Below, piece after piece: positions 53,251 through 64,000 of a stretch of DNA of 64,000 bases. The notes beneath the pieces are model-generated. The model was given only the letters and a program-made list of their open reading frames with translations. It was not told the origin of the DNA and searched no databases. Origin of the DNA: Octopus vulgaris (taxonomy: Eukaryota); contig OX597821.1 in the NCBI GenBank assembly GCA_951406725.2, positions 117,552,001 through 117,616,000 of the forward strand. The letters are read 5' to 3'. How positions within the stretch are numbered: the first letter of the stretch is position 1; every line of letters starts with the position of its first letter. Position numbers and translations under genes: made by a program.

Positions 53251-56025
53251 CTGGAAATGAATGATGAAATATTCATTTAAAAACACAAAATAAAATAAAC
53301 AGTTAAATAAAAAAAAAGAGTTAATTGTAAAAAAACTATGTTTGAAAAATTTCATTCTTTACATTAGGGTTGTACAAATATGGTCAAAGCAAAATATTAG
53401 CTTTTTCATATTAAATATTGGTTGTCTATAAGATGTATAAGAATTAACACTTCCTTCTCTAAGCCTAGATTCGAAACCGAATCCAAGAATTCTCGGTTGT
53501 CCAAACCACGATGATCAACAGGCGTGAAAAAAGGTTTTCTTTGTCCTGTCAAAATTTGATTGATCATCTCCCTTTAACCTGCGACCTCAGCATGTCAGGC
53601 GAAGTTCAACTGGACAAGGGCTGACCTATTTAAGTACAAACTCTGCTGCAGTATGTCTGTCTTTCTAGCTGCCACTGTTTGTTATAAATACAGACGCATA
53701 CAACACTGAGCAGACAGGCGGGAGCAGACAGACGAGATAGATCTATCTACGACCCAAGGTTTTGGCAGACCGCAGAGACAGAGAGAAATGTTTGAAGTGC
53801 CAATAGACTACTGTTTCGAATGACACACGCACACACGCAAACATATTCATTCCTAATATGTACTCTGTATTTCTAGTAACTCGTAGCAGTTGCCTACATT
53901 TTGTATGTAGTGTACCTCTAACAAATCAAGCCCTGTAAATAAATTCCTTTCAATCATGAATCGGTTTACGTATTTGTTTACATACACACTTAACCACTAC
54001 AGATGCTTTATGTCCTATGGCATTGCATGATGCAGTTAAACTTGACTGGTTTGGTCATGCAATGTGCAAGGAACGAAGGAGGGGAGTTGCATAACGAAGA
54101 GCTGATTGTTAAATGTGGACTTAATTTGGAGATCCAAGAAGACATGGAACGAAGCAGCAAAGTCATATTGTTAGGCCTCATAGGAAAGGACGGAGATGAA
54201 TTGGGATTTTGTCATGCTCAAGAAAACCTACCAATGGCAGTAAAAATAAGGTGCTGAAAGCATGTCATTAGTATTTATTCCTGTACACCCAAACTATACC
54301 TGTCAAGCCTTCTCAGAAAATCATTTTTGTAAGACCCACCCCGCTAACCACAGTACTATTACTTAGCTGATGTAGTTATATGAAAGAAGAACTGCACTTA
54401 TTCCTTCCCTATTCTTGTACTTTGAGTACCCCTCTCTTCTTGTAACCACTTCTATTGCCACCCTACCAGTATTCTCCACACCACCCACTGAATGCTAGTT
54501 CTCCTTGAGCACCCTCTCATATCTGTCACTGATTTCACTTTTATTTACTCACAATATCCATCCCTATGTACCTCTGACTCCTGTCTCTGTCACTGTGCAT
54601 TTTTTCTCTCTGCCACTCTTCAGCTCATTTCCCTCTATTTCGTATATGTATGCTTTTATTATGCTGTTGCTCTCCATCTTCTTTTCTATGTATGTTTTAT
54701 CTCCTATCTTCTCCTCCTCCTCCACAAGTCACTTCTATTTACCTTAAATTTCCCCAAACTGAGACTCATCATTGAACACGTTTCCATCCATATTCACCAT
54801 TTCCTCTTTTCCCTTCTGTCTTCATCTCTACTCTCTGTTACTCTCCTTTCACATTCTCATAGACCTAACTATCCACCCAGCTATCCTCGATTCTCCTCCT
54901 CTAGTCTCTCTCTATCCACCTCAAGCTTACACCCTGACACTGCTTTTCCACGATCCTTTCTCCCTTTTCTACTGGGAAGCCATGTGTTTACTCGACAGCA
55001 AGACACTTGTTCCTGTCCTTTTATTATATTTCAACCTCTTATCATCTGGCTCAAAGCCACCCCTCCCAGTTCTGTAATCCTTCTCTGTCAAGGGGTTCTT
55101 GTCTATGAAATTATCTGGTGATTTCACTAGTGCTGGAGCCATGGAAAAAACATGCAGTACCCCTATAAAAAAAACGTGCAGTACCCCTATAAAGAAGAAC
55201 CCCTATAAAAAAAAACATGCAGTACCCCTTTAAAGAAGCTAACATTAGGAATGGCTTTCAGTTCTGGAAACCTTGCCAAAGCAGACATTAGACACAACAA
55301 GGCCCTGTAGTGGTTGGATCCAGTCAAAGCATCCGATCCATACTAGCATGAAAAACAGAAGTTAAATGGTGATAATGATGGTAATGTGTGTATGTAAAGG
55401 CAGAGAGCTGGCAGAATCATTAGCATGCCAGGCGAAATGCTTAGCGGTATTTTGTCTGTCTTTACATTCTGAGTTCAAATTCCACCGAGGTCGACTTTGC
55501 CTTTCATCCTTTCGGGGTCAATAAACTAAGTACCAGTTACGCACTGGGGTCGATATAATTGACTTAATCCATTTGTCTGTCCTTGTTTGTCCTCTCTGTG
55601 TTTAGCTGCTTGTGGGTAGTAAAGAAATAAGTAATGTGTGCATGTGTGTGTGTGCACATGCATGGGTGTAAATGTGTGTGCATGTATGTGTGCATGCTTG
55701 TGCTTCTTTGCCTTGATGTCGTACAATTGCTGTAAAACAAACATCGTCATCATCCAAGCAACATCCTTTATTTTCGGTCTTCCATGAAGACATGTCTGGC
55801 AATGGCTGAATGTTATTCTGCTTGGAAACAGGTGAGTGTTGGTGACAGGAAAGGCATCCAGGATGTAGACAATCTGCTTCAACAGATTCCTTCTGATCCA
55901 GACAAGCATGGAAAAAAGTGGATATGAAATGATGATATTGATGGTTGTTGTTGATGATGATGATGATATTGACAATGATGACAACGATGATGAGGATGAT
56001 GATGAATGATAGAGGTCAACCTTAC

Positions 56026-56142
56026 CACAACCAATTTCATCTGAGTTGTCATGACAATCATCATCAAAATCACAACGAAACAGATGATTGATACAGCGTC
56101 CATTGTTGCATCTGTACTGAGTCTTCTCACAAGTGTGGGTCG
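56026..56142 (-). CDS. LRP2: LRP2-like exon: LDLa III-2
   Basis: ag/gtaag, 117 nt; [38 protein letters not shown]. Confidence 0.93.
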
Positions 56143-56995
56143 CTGGTGGAGAGGAGGATGAGAAATATTAGTTCCCAGTGGTAATCGCACGACATAAAAT
56201 GAGAATAATATGACATGTAAATGGATTTAATACAGCAAAAAATTCTGAACTTAGAAGTTCATTTTAATTAATTAATCTAATTCATGTTATAAAATACATT
56301 ATACAAAAAAAAGAAACAATTAAGAATGAATACACACATTATTGTGAAGACATGTAGCATTATTGTGAAGACATGTAGCCTGGTGGTCACAGTGTTGCAT
56401 TCACAATAGCAAGATTGTAGTTTCGATTCCTAGATTGGGCAGTATGTTGGGTTCTTGAGCAATATACTTCATTTTATATTTGTCCAGTTCACTCTGCTAT
56501 AAATGAGTAATGCTGTGATAGACTGGCGTCCCATCCAGGGGAAATGTTGTGATCTTGGTCACTTTTGAAATACACCTATTGCAAGTAAATTTGTTGTCAA
56601 ATCGTTTGTAATGTGAATTGCACTGTCGTTGTCCATCCATCTTCATTTATTATATTTGTAAATATATGTTTGTGTTTATGTGCCTATGTATATGTGTGTA
56701 TGTATGTGTGCATATGTATGTGTTTGTATGCATGTGTGTATTTGTGTGTGTGTGCTAGGCCTCTCTCTCTCTCTGCTTTTACATTAACAATAAAAAGCTC
56801 TTCTTTGTAAATGTACTCAATGTTAGAAGTTTGATAAACAGATATTGACAAAATAGATATCAGACTTTGAAATGATTTCTGGGGGTCTATATGATTGACT
56901 AAAACGCTTCAAGGTGTTGCCCCAGCATGGCCACTGCCCATTGACTAAAACAATTATGGTGACAATGACCCCAAATAAAATAATGAAATACTGAC

Positions 56996-57250
56996 CACAC
57001 AAGTTGCTGTTTTCATCCGAACCATCCCTGCAGTCATCGTCCTCGTCACACACCCAACTTTTGAAAATGCACTTTCCATTTGAACAAATGAATTCCGTGT
57101 CTGAACAGTTGTGGTTCTCGGGGACACAGGTTTTGTATTTACTCACTACTTGGGAAGTCCCATTACATGAGCATTCAGCTTCTCCATTGGGTGCAGGGTG
57201 ACATCCCTGGCTGCAACCTCCATTGAATTTTTGACAAGGATCAAGCTTAC
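56996..57250 (-). CDS. LRP2: LRP2-like exon: EGF + LDLa III-1
   Basis: ag/gtcag, 255 nt; [28 protein letters not shown]...[37 protein letters not shown]. Confidence 0.94.
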
Positions 57251-58033
57251 CTGAGAAGAAAAGGTCAACTTTAGGGAACTTGAGAAAGATATCGAAATAG
57301 AAATACTTATGATGGTGATTTAAGACAAAAGATATAAGCATTATGACTAATGGTGGTCCATCATCATCTGAATTGTTTAATGTTTGTTTTCCATGCTGGC
57401 ATGGGTTGGACGGTTTGAGAGGAGCTGGCAAGGCTGGAGAGCTGCACCAGGCCCCATTGTCTGTTTCAGCATGGTTTCTACAGCTGGGTGAGATTCAGCA
57501 TGACACAAATTATGACAAAGCTGGCCCCTTTTGAATTACAGGTACAGCTCTTCTTCACCAGCTGGAGCAACATGGAATAAAGTGTCTTGCTCAAGGACAC
57601 GGTGCACCACGGGGAATTGAACTTGTGATCTTACAATCATGAGCCGAACTGCTTAACCACTAAAATAGTCAATAAACAAATGTACAAGGTGGAAGCATAG
57701 CTGGGTGGTTAAGAGGCTTACTTTGCAACCATGTGGTTTTCAGTTCAGTCCCAACACCTAGAGCTCCACGAGGCTCCAGCAGGGTGTGTTGGCGACTCCT
57801 GTTGTACTCTTTCGCCAGCCCCAACTTTCTCTCATTATTCTTCCTGTTTCTTGAGTAACACTGTGATGGACTGGCGTCCCGTCCACCCGGGTGGAACACA
57901 TACGCCACAGAATCCGAGAAACCTGGTCCACGAGCCTGGTTAGGCTTGAAAAGGGGCACATAAATAAAGAAAAAATAGTTTAAGTTTTAAAATTTGATAA
58001 AAGAGGAGAAAATGAAAATAATAATTAACTCAC

Positions 58034-58144
58034 AGTTTTGTAAATCGGCAGAAAAAATGACAATATCTGCTGGAGAGGACGTGAGGAATTTTGTCATTCT
58101 TATGGAATTGGCTCCAGTGTGTTTCTCAGCACGATACACCAGCT
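58034..58144 (-). CDS. LRP2: LRP2-like exon: propeller C-terminal strand
   Basis: ag/gtgag, 111 nt, phase 1-1; [37 protein letters not shown]. Confidence 0.88.
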
Positions 58145-58993
58145 CTTTATTTAGCAAAAGGAAAGAAAACAAATGGGAAAATGTTTTACTCTTATTTCTG
58201 TGAGTGCAGTAGACATATTAAGCGATTTTCTCAACTTTGGAAGAAAATAAAATCATAAGGTTACAAAAAAAAAATATAAAAGTATCAAGCAGATCATGTG
58301 GCATTCTCTCTCTCTAAAAAATGGTAAGGGGGTAAAGACCCCCTTCAGTCATGTATGACCATGGGATTGCACCTAGAGAGTTACTGTCTGAGGCACAAGT
58401 CCGGGCAAAGTTGTTTTATATAAGACCAGCAGTAGCCCATGCATATCAGCCTCGCCTCTCCATGCCACTGATGCTATCCAGGGCAAAGGTAAAGAGGCTT
58501 TACCTTTGCAACTCATTTCTATAGCTGAGTGAACTGGAGCAATGTGAAATAAAGTGCCTTGCTCAAGAACACAACACACAGCCTGATCTGAGAATCGAAC
58601 TCACTACCTCATGATTGTGAGCCTGACACTCTAAACACTAAGCCATGTGCCTTCTGTGTGTGTATACATATATTGAATCTTCCCATAAATAATGTGCTTT
58701 TTTTCAATTTCATGAACTAAAAGTCGGAGAGGGACGGGATAAACTACCTGCATCAACTTGCTAGAAAAGCAGGTAGTAATTTTACCTTGTGTTTATTCTT
58801 AGTGCAGGTTTTGAAGAGTGCAGTTCGATTTTAACAGTTACTTTTTCAAAGCTATGATGGAAGTGACAAAGGAGCAGGGAAGGTGGCAAAGTCAAAGGTG
58901 AAGTCAAAGGTGGTGTCATCAGAAGTCTGAATGGTGTGTGCATGGCAGATGTGGTGGCGTTGGTGGTGGTGCTGGTGATGTTGAAAACAATCA

Positions 58994-59069
<76 letters not shown>

Positions 59070-59394
59070 AGATAGAATGAGAGAGAGAGAGAATGATAGA
59101 GAGAGAGATAGAATGAGAGAGATAGATAGAATGAGAGAGAGAGAGAGAGAGGGAGAGAGAGAGTGAGAAAGAAAGAAGTTAAACTGAAAAAAATTGTACT
59201 GACCCCTGAATGGGAAAACAAAAAATGTTGTTTATCATAAAGCATTGCAGTAAATTCCAAGTCGACATATTATATCATTGTTTTGATGAAAATTGTTCTT
59301 TCCTTAAAAAATATTGGTCAAGTTAAATAAAATTTAATATGCACTCAATGCCTGAAGTGTCATTGCTGGGCCCAAGGTTTAATGAAGAGCCCTC

Positions 59395-60070
59395 CACAGG
59401 ATAGGAATTCAAGACAGGATGCCCCTGGGAGCTTCTCTATGCTGATGACATTGCTCTAATAGCTGAGTCACTATCAGAACTAGAGGAGAAGTTTCAGGTG
59501 TGGAAGCAAGGACTAGAATCGAAAGACCTTAGAGTCAACCGAGCAAAATCCAAAGTAGGAAGGCAGACAAATCACAAATCCCTTCAGGTAGATGACCCTG
59601 CTTGATCTGTAGAAAAGGTATAGGTAGAAACTCCATAAGATGTACCCAGTGTAAACTATGGACACATAAGAGGTGCAGCAATATCAAAGAAAAGCTAACT
59701 GGGAAGATAGTTTTTGTATGTTGCAGATGCTCAGGAGCAATAAACACTGAAAATGGACAGAGAACAGCTTCCATCACATTCCAGAGGGAAAAACTAAAAG
59801 CAGTTGATAGCTTCCATTACCTAGGAGACCAAGTCAGTTGCGGGGGCGGTACTGACATTGACCATACTCAAATGGTGCTTTTGAGCATGGTCAATGCCAG
59901 TACTGCTTGACTGGCCCTCATGCCGGTGGTATGTAAAAGCACCCACTACACTCTCAGAGTGGTTGTCATTAGGAAGGGCATCCAGCTGTAGAAACTTTGC
60001 CAGATCAGATTGGAGCCTAGTGCAGCCTTCTGGCTTGCCAGTCCTCAGTCAATCTGTCCGAACCCTGCCA
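59395..60070 (+). mobile_element. Degenerate RTE RT/finger fragment plus tail
   Basis: tgcccctgggagcttctctatgctgatgac (CPWELLYADD) and ICRKGIGRNSIRCTQCKLWTHKRC. Confidence 0.8.
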
Positions 60071-60390
60071 GCTTCTCCCCAAATTCCCGGCCTTGTGCCA
60101 AAATTTGAAGCCAATAGAGTGGCTGACTATTGCTGGATGTTGCATCTTGAATCTCGATCAAATGCTCACAAGTTAAAGAGTTCCAGGCATAGATTCCAAG
60201 AGAAAAAAGATTTCAAGGTGATGGACCCCCAAAATGAATGAAACTCTTGTAAAAAGTCTATTTTCTCACCTTTCAATCTTCTCACCTTTCAGTTGCATTT
60301 GTGCCATTTTATTTTACCAAATAAAATATCAATTTCATTTTGTCCTACATGAGGATGTACTTACAAATTATGCTATATTTTATCATTAAA

Positions 60391-60787
60391 CTAGCAGTGT
60401 AGCCCAGCGTTGCTAGGGCTTGTTTTCTTTTCAACCCTTTAGAATTGGAATTTTTGAAAAGTAAAAATTTTGCATTATATAGCTTGTTATTCTCTGTAAA
60501 TGAACATTTTTCTGGTTGAAATACACCAAAAATTGGCAACACAGCAGTCAAAATATCGTAAAAAATAGGGATTTTCATAGAAAAAAATCACCTGTTTGAT
60601 GTAAATAATTTTTAGTGTTAACATGGTCCGATTTGAATTTTTTTCTACTACGGAAGGAAGAGCAAGCCTTCTATCATACTTTCAATTTTGGTCAACTTGC
60701 ACCGCTGGGTCTCGGAATGAGATAGCGTTAGTTGAAGGCTACCACACCTGCCATACACAGACAACTTCAGCTTTATATATATATAGA
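60391..60787 (-). mobile_element. Short non-autonomous Helitron
   Basis: Minus strand starts TCTATATAT and ends ccctagcaacgctgggctacactgCTAG. Confidence 0.8.
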
Positions 60788-60955
60788 TTGTGAGAAAACT
60801 TTAGGTGATGGAAACGAGCCTTTTAGATGTTATGAATTGGTGCCACAAACACACATGAAGTAACATAGAATTATCAAAGCAATTTTCACAGAGTTCCATT
60901 TCACAGACCTGTGTATATTATTTATATATGAAAAGGGTTAGTTTGCAATACATAC

Positions 60956-61077
60956 TCCTAAATGAACTTATCCAGTAGATGTGAAGACCGAAGACAGTTA
61001 TAGACGTTGGTTCATATGTGGTGGTAACAATCACATCACGGTAACGTCCATCGAGAGAAATTCTTTCAATCTGATTT
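60956..61077 (-). CDS. LRP2: LRP2-like exon: YWTD propeller
   Basis: ag/gtatg, 122 nt, phase 2-1; NQIERISLDGRYRDVIVTTTYEPTSITVFGLHIYWISSFR. Confidence 0.92.
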
Positions 61078-61709
61078 CTAAAGAACATTGAAAATACATA
61101 CATATATAAAATACTCTCAGAGAAAATAAAATAAAATATAGGAAACATTATCACTAAAAGTAAAAACAAAAAAAAAAATTAATTTTTCGTTTTTAATGAT
61201 GTAAATTAAAGCAAATAAAACTACAAATAATAGCTTATAAATGAAGGCTGCCACTCTATCAGTTGGGACAATGTGTGTTCCAGTTGATCCAGCCTGGGGC
61301 TGTAGTGTGAGTGGAGTTGGTCAATGGAAACTGAAAGAAGCTCATAGTATGTACGTGTGAGTGTGTGTGTGTGTGTACTTTTGTTTTGATATCACCGATG
61401 GTTGTAAATGACGATGTTCTTTTCAAGCTTTCTGTGACAAAACATGTTCGACCATATTGGGAAATATTATCTTGCTTGGAAACAGGTGAAGGTTAGTGAC
61501 AGGGAGGGCATCCGGCTGTAGAAAATCTGCAGCAACAAACAAAAGCATGGGAAAATGAATGGAGATGATGATGACAATAATGAGGAGGAGGAGGGGAGGA
61601 GGAGAGGGAGAGAAAAGCAAACTTTATTTACGAATACCCATAAAACAAATATTAAGTGTCAGGTGGAACAATGAAGACACTCATGACAAACGAAATCTAT
61701 GCAACTTAC

Positions 61710-61874
61710 TTGAGTGTATCAGCCCAGTAAAGCTTTTCATAGGTGTAGTCAATGGCCAGGCCATCTGGGTCACCTAAGTCAGAGCTGACCAGCACGGATC
61801 TTTGATTACCAGCCATAGTTGATTTTTCAATGCTTGGTGATTGACCAATACCTGAATTCGACCAATACATGTAC
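61710..61874 (-). CDS. LRP2: LRP2-like exon (first in window): YWTD propeller blades
   Basis: ag/gtaag bounded, 165 nt, phase 2-2; YMYWSNSGIGQSPSIEKSTMAGNQRSVLVSSDLGDPDGLAIDYTYEKLYWADTLK. Confidence 0.93.
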
Positions 61875-63843
61875 CTAGAAACATATATATATATATACAA
61901 GAAAGTTTTTATATTACAATGTTGCTCGTTTGGTTTCATACAGGTGTTGTGAATGTACAGATTGTGAAGGAGCATGGTTCAGTGGTTAGAGCATTTGGGT
62001 CACAATCATAAGGCCATGACTTCAATTCTCAGCAGTGCAGTGTGTCCTTGAGCAAGATACTTTACTTTACATTGTTCCAGTCTATACAGCTGGCAAAAAC
62101 GAATTGTACCTGTAATTCATTAGGGGCCAGCCTTGTCGCATTTGGTATCATGCTGAATCTTCCTGAGAACTACGGCAGGGGTACATGTGTATCTATGGAG
62201 TACTCGGCCACTTGCAGGGGTATGTGTATTTGTGGAGTGCTTGGCCACTTGCATATGAATTTCACAAGCAGGTTGTTCCATTCAATGGATCAAAGGGAAC
62301 CCTCATTGTCATAACCACTGGGGGGGGGGGGGCAGGGGCAGGGTCCAGTCTACAGATCAGATAGAACACAATGAATTCAGAACTGGGTCAGTGAGTAACA
62401 AATTCGTCCACAAAGAGAAAGTCAACCAACAAAGGCAGACAAAAAAGAAATAAATCTTTATCTCTTAAACATAAGAAGTACTAAATAAGGTTCACTTAAG
62501 CAGATCATATTAGAGTAGGTTGACCGATTGACCGCCTAACACTCCCTCGGTTACCATGAATAATGTTCCAGTTGATCTGGTCAATGGAACAGTCTGCTTG
62601 TGAAATTAATGCACAACTGGCTGAGCACTGGCAGCTTGTCACCTTAATAATTCTAATACTACTACTAATAATAATGATGGACCCTGCTCCCAATAAAGGT
62701 GACATGTGAATGTTCAACTATTTGCTGAAAGACCTGCACAAATGATTTGTCTATAGTGCCCCAGCATGGCCACAGCTCGTGAGCAGAAACTAGATCAAAT
62801 GTTTATGTTGTGCATTAGTTCCCTCTTTCCATCAAATCAACGTTGGCTGAACAGGTGCATGGTGTACTATAGATCAGGTGTCAATTGATTGCAGAACAAT
62901 GTGAAATGAAGCAGCTTGCTCAAGAACACAATGTACCACTTGTTCTAGGAGTTGAAATCCTGATTGTTAGATTGTGAGTGTAATGCCCTAAGCACTGAGC
63001 CATGTGCTGCTCCTGTTGTAATACCAGGCAGTGGATCTCGTGGCATCTGATCTTAACTGATTGGAAGTGTTATCATGCACATGTTTTGTTTTGGTGTAAA
63101 AGATGGACTACAACAAATATTCTTGGCAATACCACAAATTTACTTGTCAGTTGCTTGACCTTCACCAGTTGAGCGTGTCCCTTAGTGGCTGACAATATGT
63201 GCATCTCTGATCACGAGCAGAAGTAGTGGGGAGTATCATAGCCATGTGTTGAGAAGGATTCTTTGGGGATTTCAATAATTCACCCCTGAAAACATAAGTA
63301 TTTCGTTCATCATCCTTAAACAACCCTTATTCAGGGACCTTTTATGAGGAACCAGTGATTTGACCCGATGAGAATTCTAACTGGGCCCCACCTGGAAGGT
63401 CCTGAGCTGGTTATTTCGATATGAGCTCACAATGTTGCGCACCCATATTTGTGATGCATGTGCCTGGTGTACCTTTAATGGATGGGTAGTCATGATTTAC
63501 ATAATGGGTTTCCTATATTTGTACCCCAGCATCCCTTTGATGGCATGTGCTGCTCTCTCACTCAATAATAATTATAATAACAATAATAATACTAATGAGA
63601 CTGTTCCCACATCATTAGAAAATCTCTATGGATTTAAATTTTGGCGTTGTATTATATGGAGATGTTTCACATCTGCCCTTGCCACTTCCCCTGGTCAAGC
63701 TTTCAGTTATAGTGTAACATCTCCTACCCTTCACTTGCGCTAGGGTACTGGGTGTGTCTCAGCAGGCAATTGCATCAAACATGCAAATTAAGAGTAAATA
63801 ACAGTGATAACAACAACAACAATAACAATAATAATAATGAATA

Positions 63844-64000
63844 GTTAAGAAGGAAGGCAAAAGAAATTAGACATATATAATCCTTTTAAATATGAGATAG
63901 CTCAGCTGTGGAAAATGAAAAAGGTGAAGGCAGTACCAATTATTGTTGGGTCATTGGGGACAGTACCCCAGAAGATATGATGAGAAATATAAAGGAAATG
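63844..64000 (+). mobile_element. 3' fragment of an RLE-type (R4/Dong-like) non-LTR retrotransposon
   Basis: From 63858: QKKLDIYNPFKYEIAQLWKMKKVKAVPIIVGSLGTVP, resembling the KY.DL..EI..LW....VVPVVIGALG C-terminus; adjoins an (AAT)n tract. Confidence 0.55.

Larger units (their letters stand above)
337..61874 (-). other. LRP2: Partial multi-exon gene span: LRP2/megalin-like receptor (25 exons in window, open at both ends)
   Basis: 25 GT-AG exons join phase-compatibly into about 1390 codons. Domain order YWTD-EGF-LDLa x10-EGF-EGF-YWTD-EGF-LDLa x10(+) matches LRP1/LRP2 clusters III-IV. Segments [38 protein letters not shown] and CTPKYGDRYCP resemble human LRP2 as I recall it ([44 protein letters not shown]). 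Confidence 0.88.

Noticed and set aside
54492-55121. 209-aa and overlapping 80/101-aa ORFs
   Set aside because: Pyrimidine-rich low-complexity sequence with no recognisable domain.
61875-63800. Additional upstream LRP2 exon
   Set aside because: No YWTD, EGF or LDLa-like frame with suitable splice sites seen; the region is SINE and simple-repeat sequence.

Overview
Eukaryotic, AT-rich, repeat-dense window. The SINE, RTE and Helitron repeat content looks like octopus (coleoid cephalopod); that assignment is an inference. The whole window lies inside one minus-strand gene, an LRP2/megalin-like receptor. I traced 25 consecutive GT-AG exons (61874 down to 337; 4169 nt, about 1390 codons) whose phases join into one open frame. 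It encodes the end of a YWTD propeller, EGF, 10 LDLa repeats, 2 EGF, a YWTD propeller, EGF and 10 LDLa repeats of the next cluster. The gene continues beyond both window edges. Introns hold RTE LINEs (one with a long intact RT frame carrying a PHD-type finger), Helitrons, Tc1/mariner/pogo-like elements, SINEs, microsatellites and a LINE-derived minisatellite. The most interesting non-coding signal is three different families of short, often inverted, (TA)n-associated repeats carrying type-I hammerhead-ribozyme-like folds, typical of Penelope-like elements. Exon coordinates were read base by base; repeat boundaries are approximate. Comparisons with human LRP2 and repeat families are from memory, not database searches.
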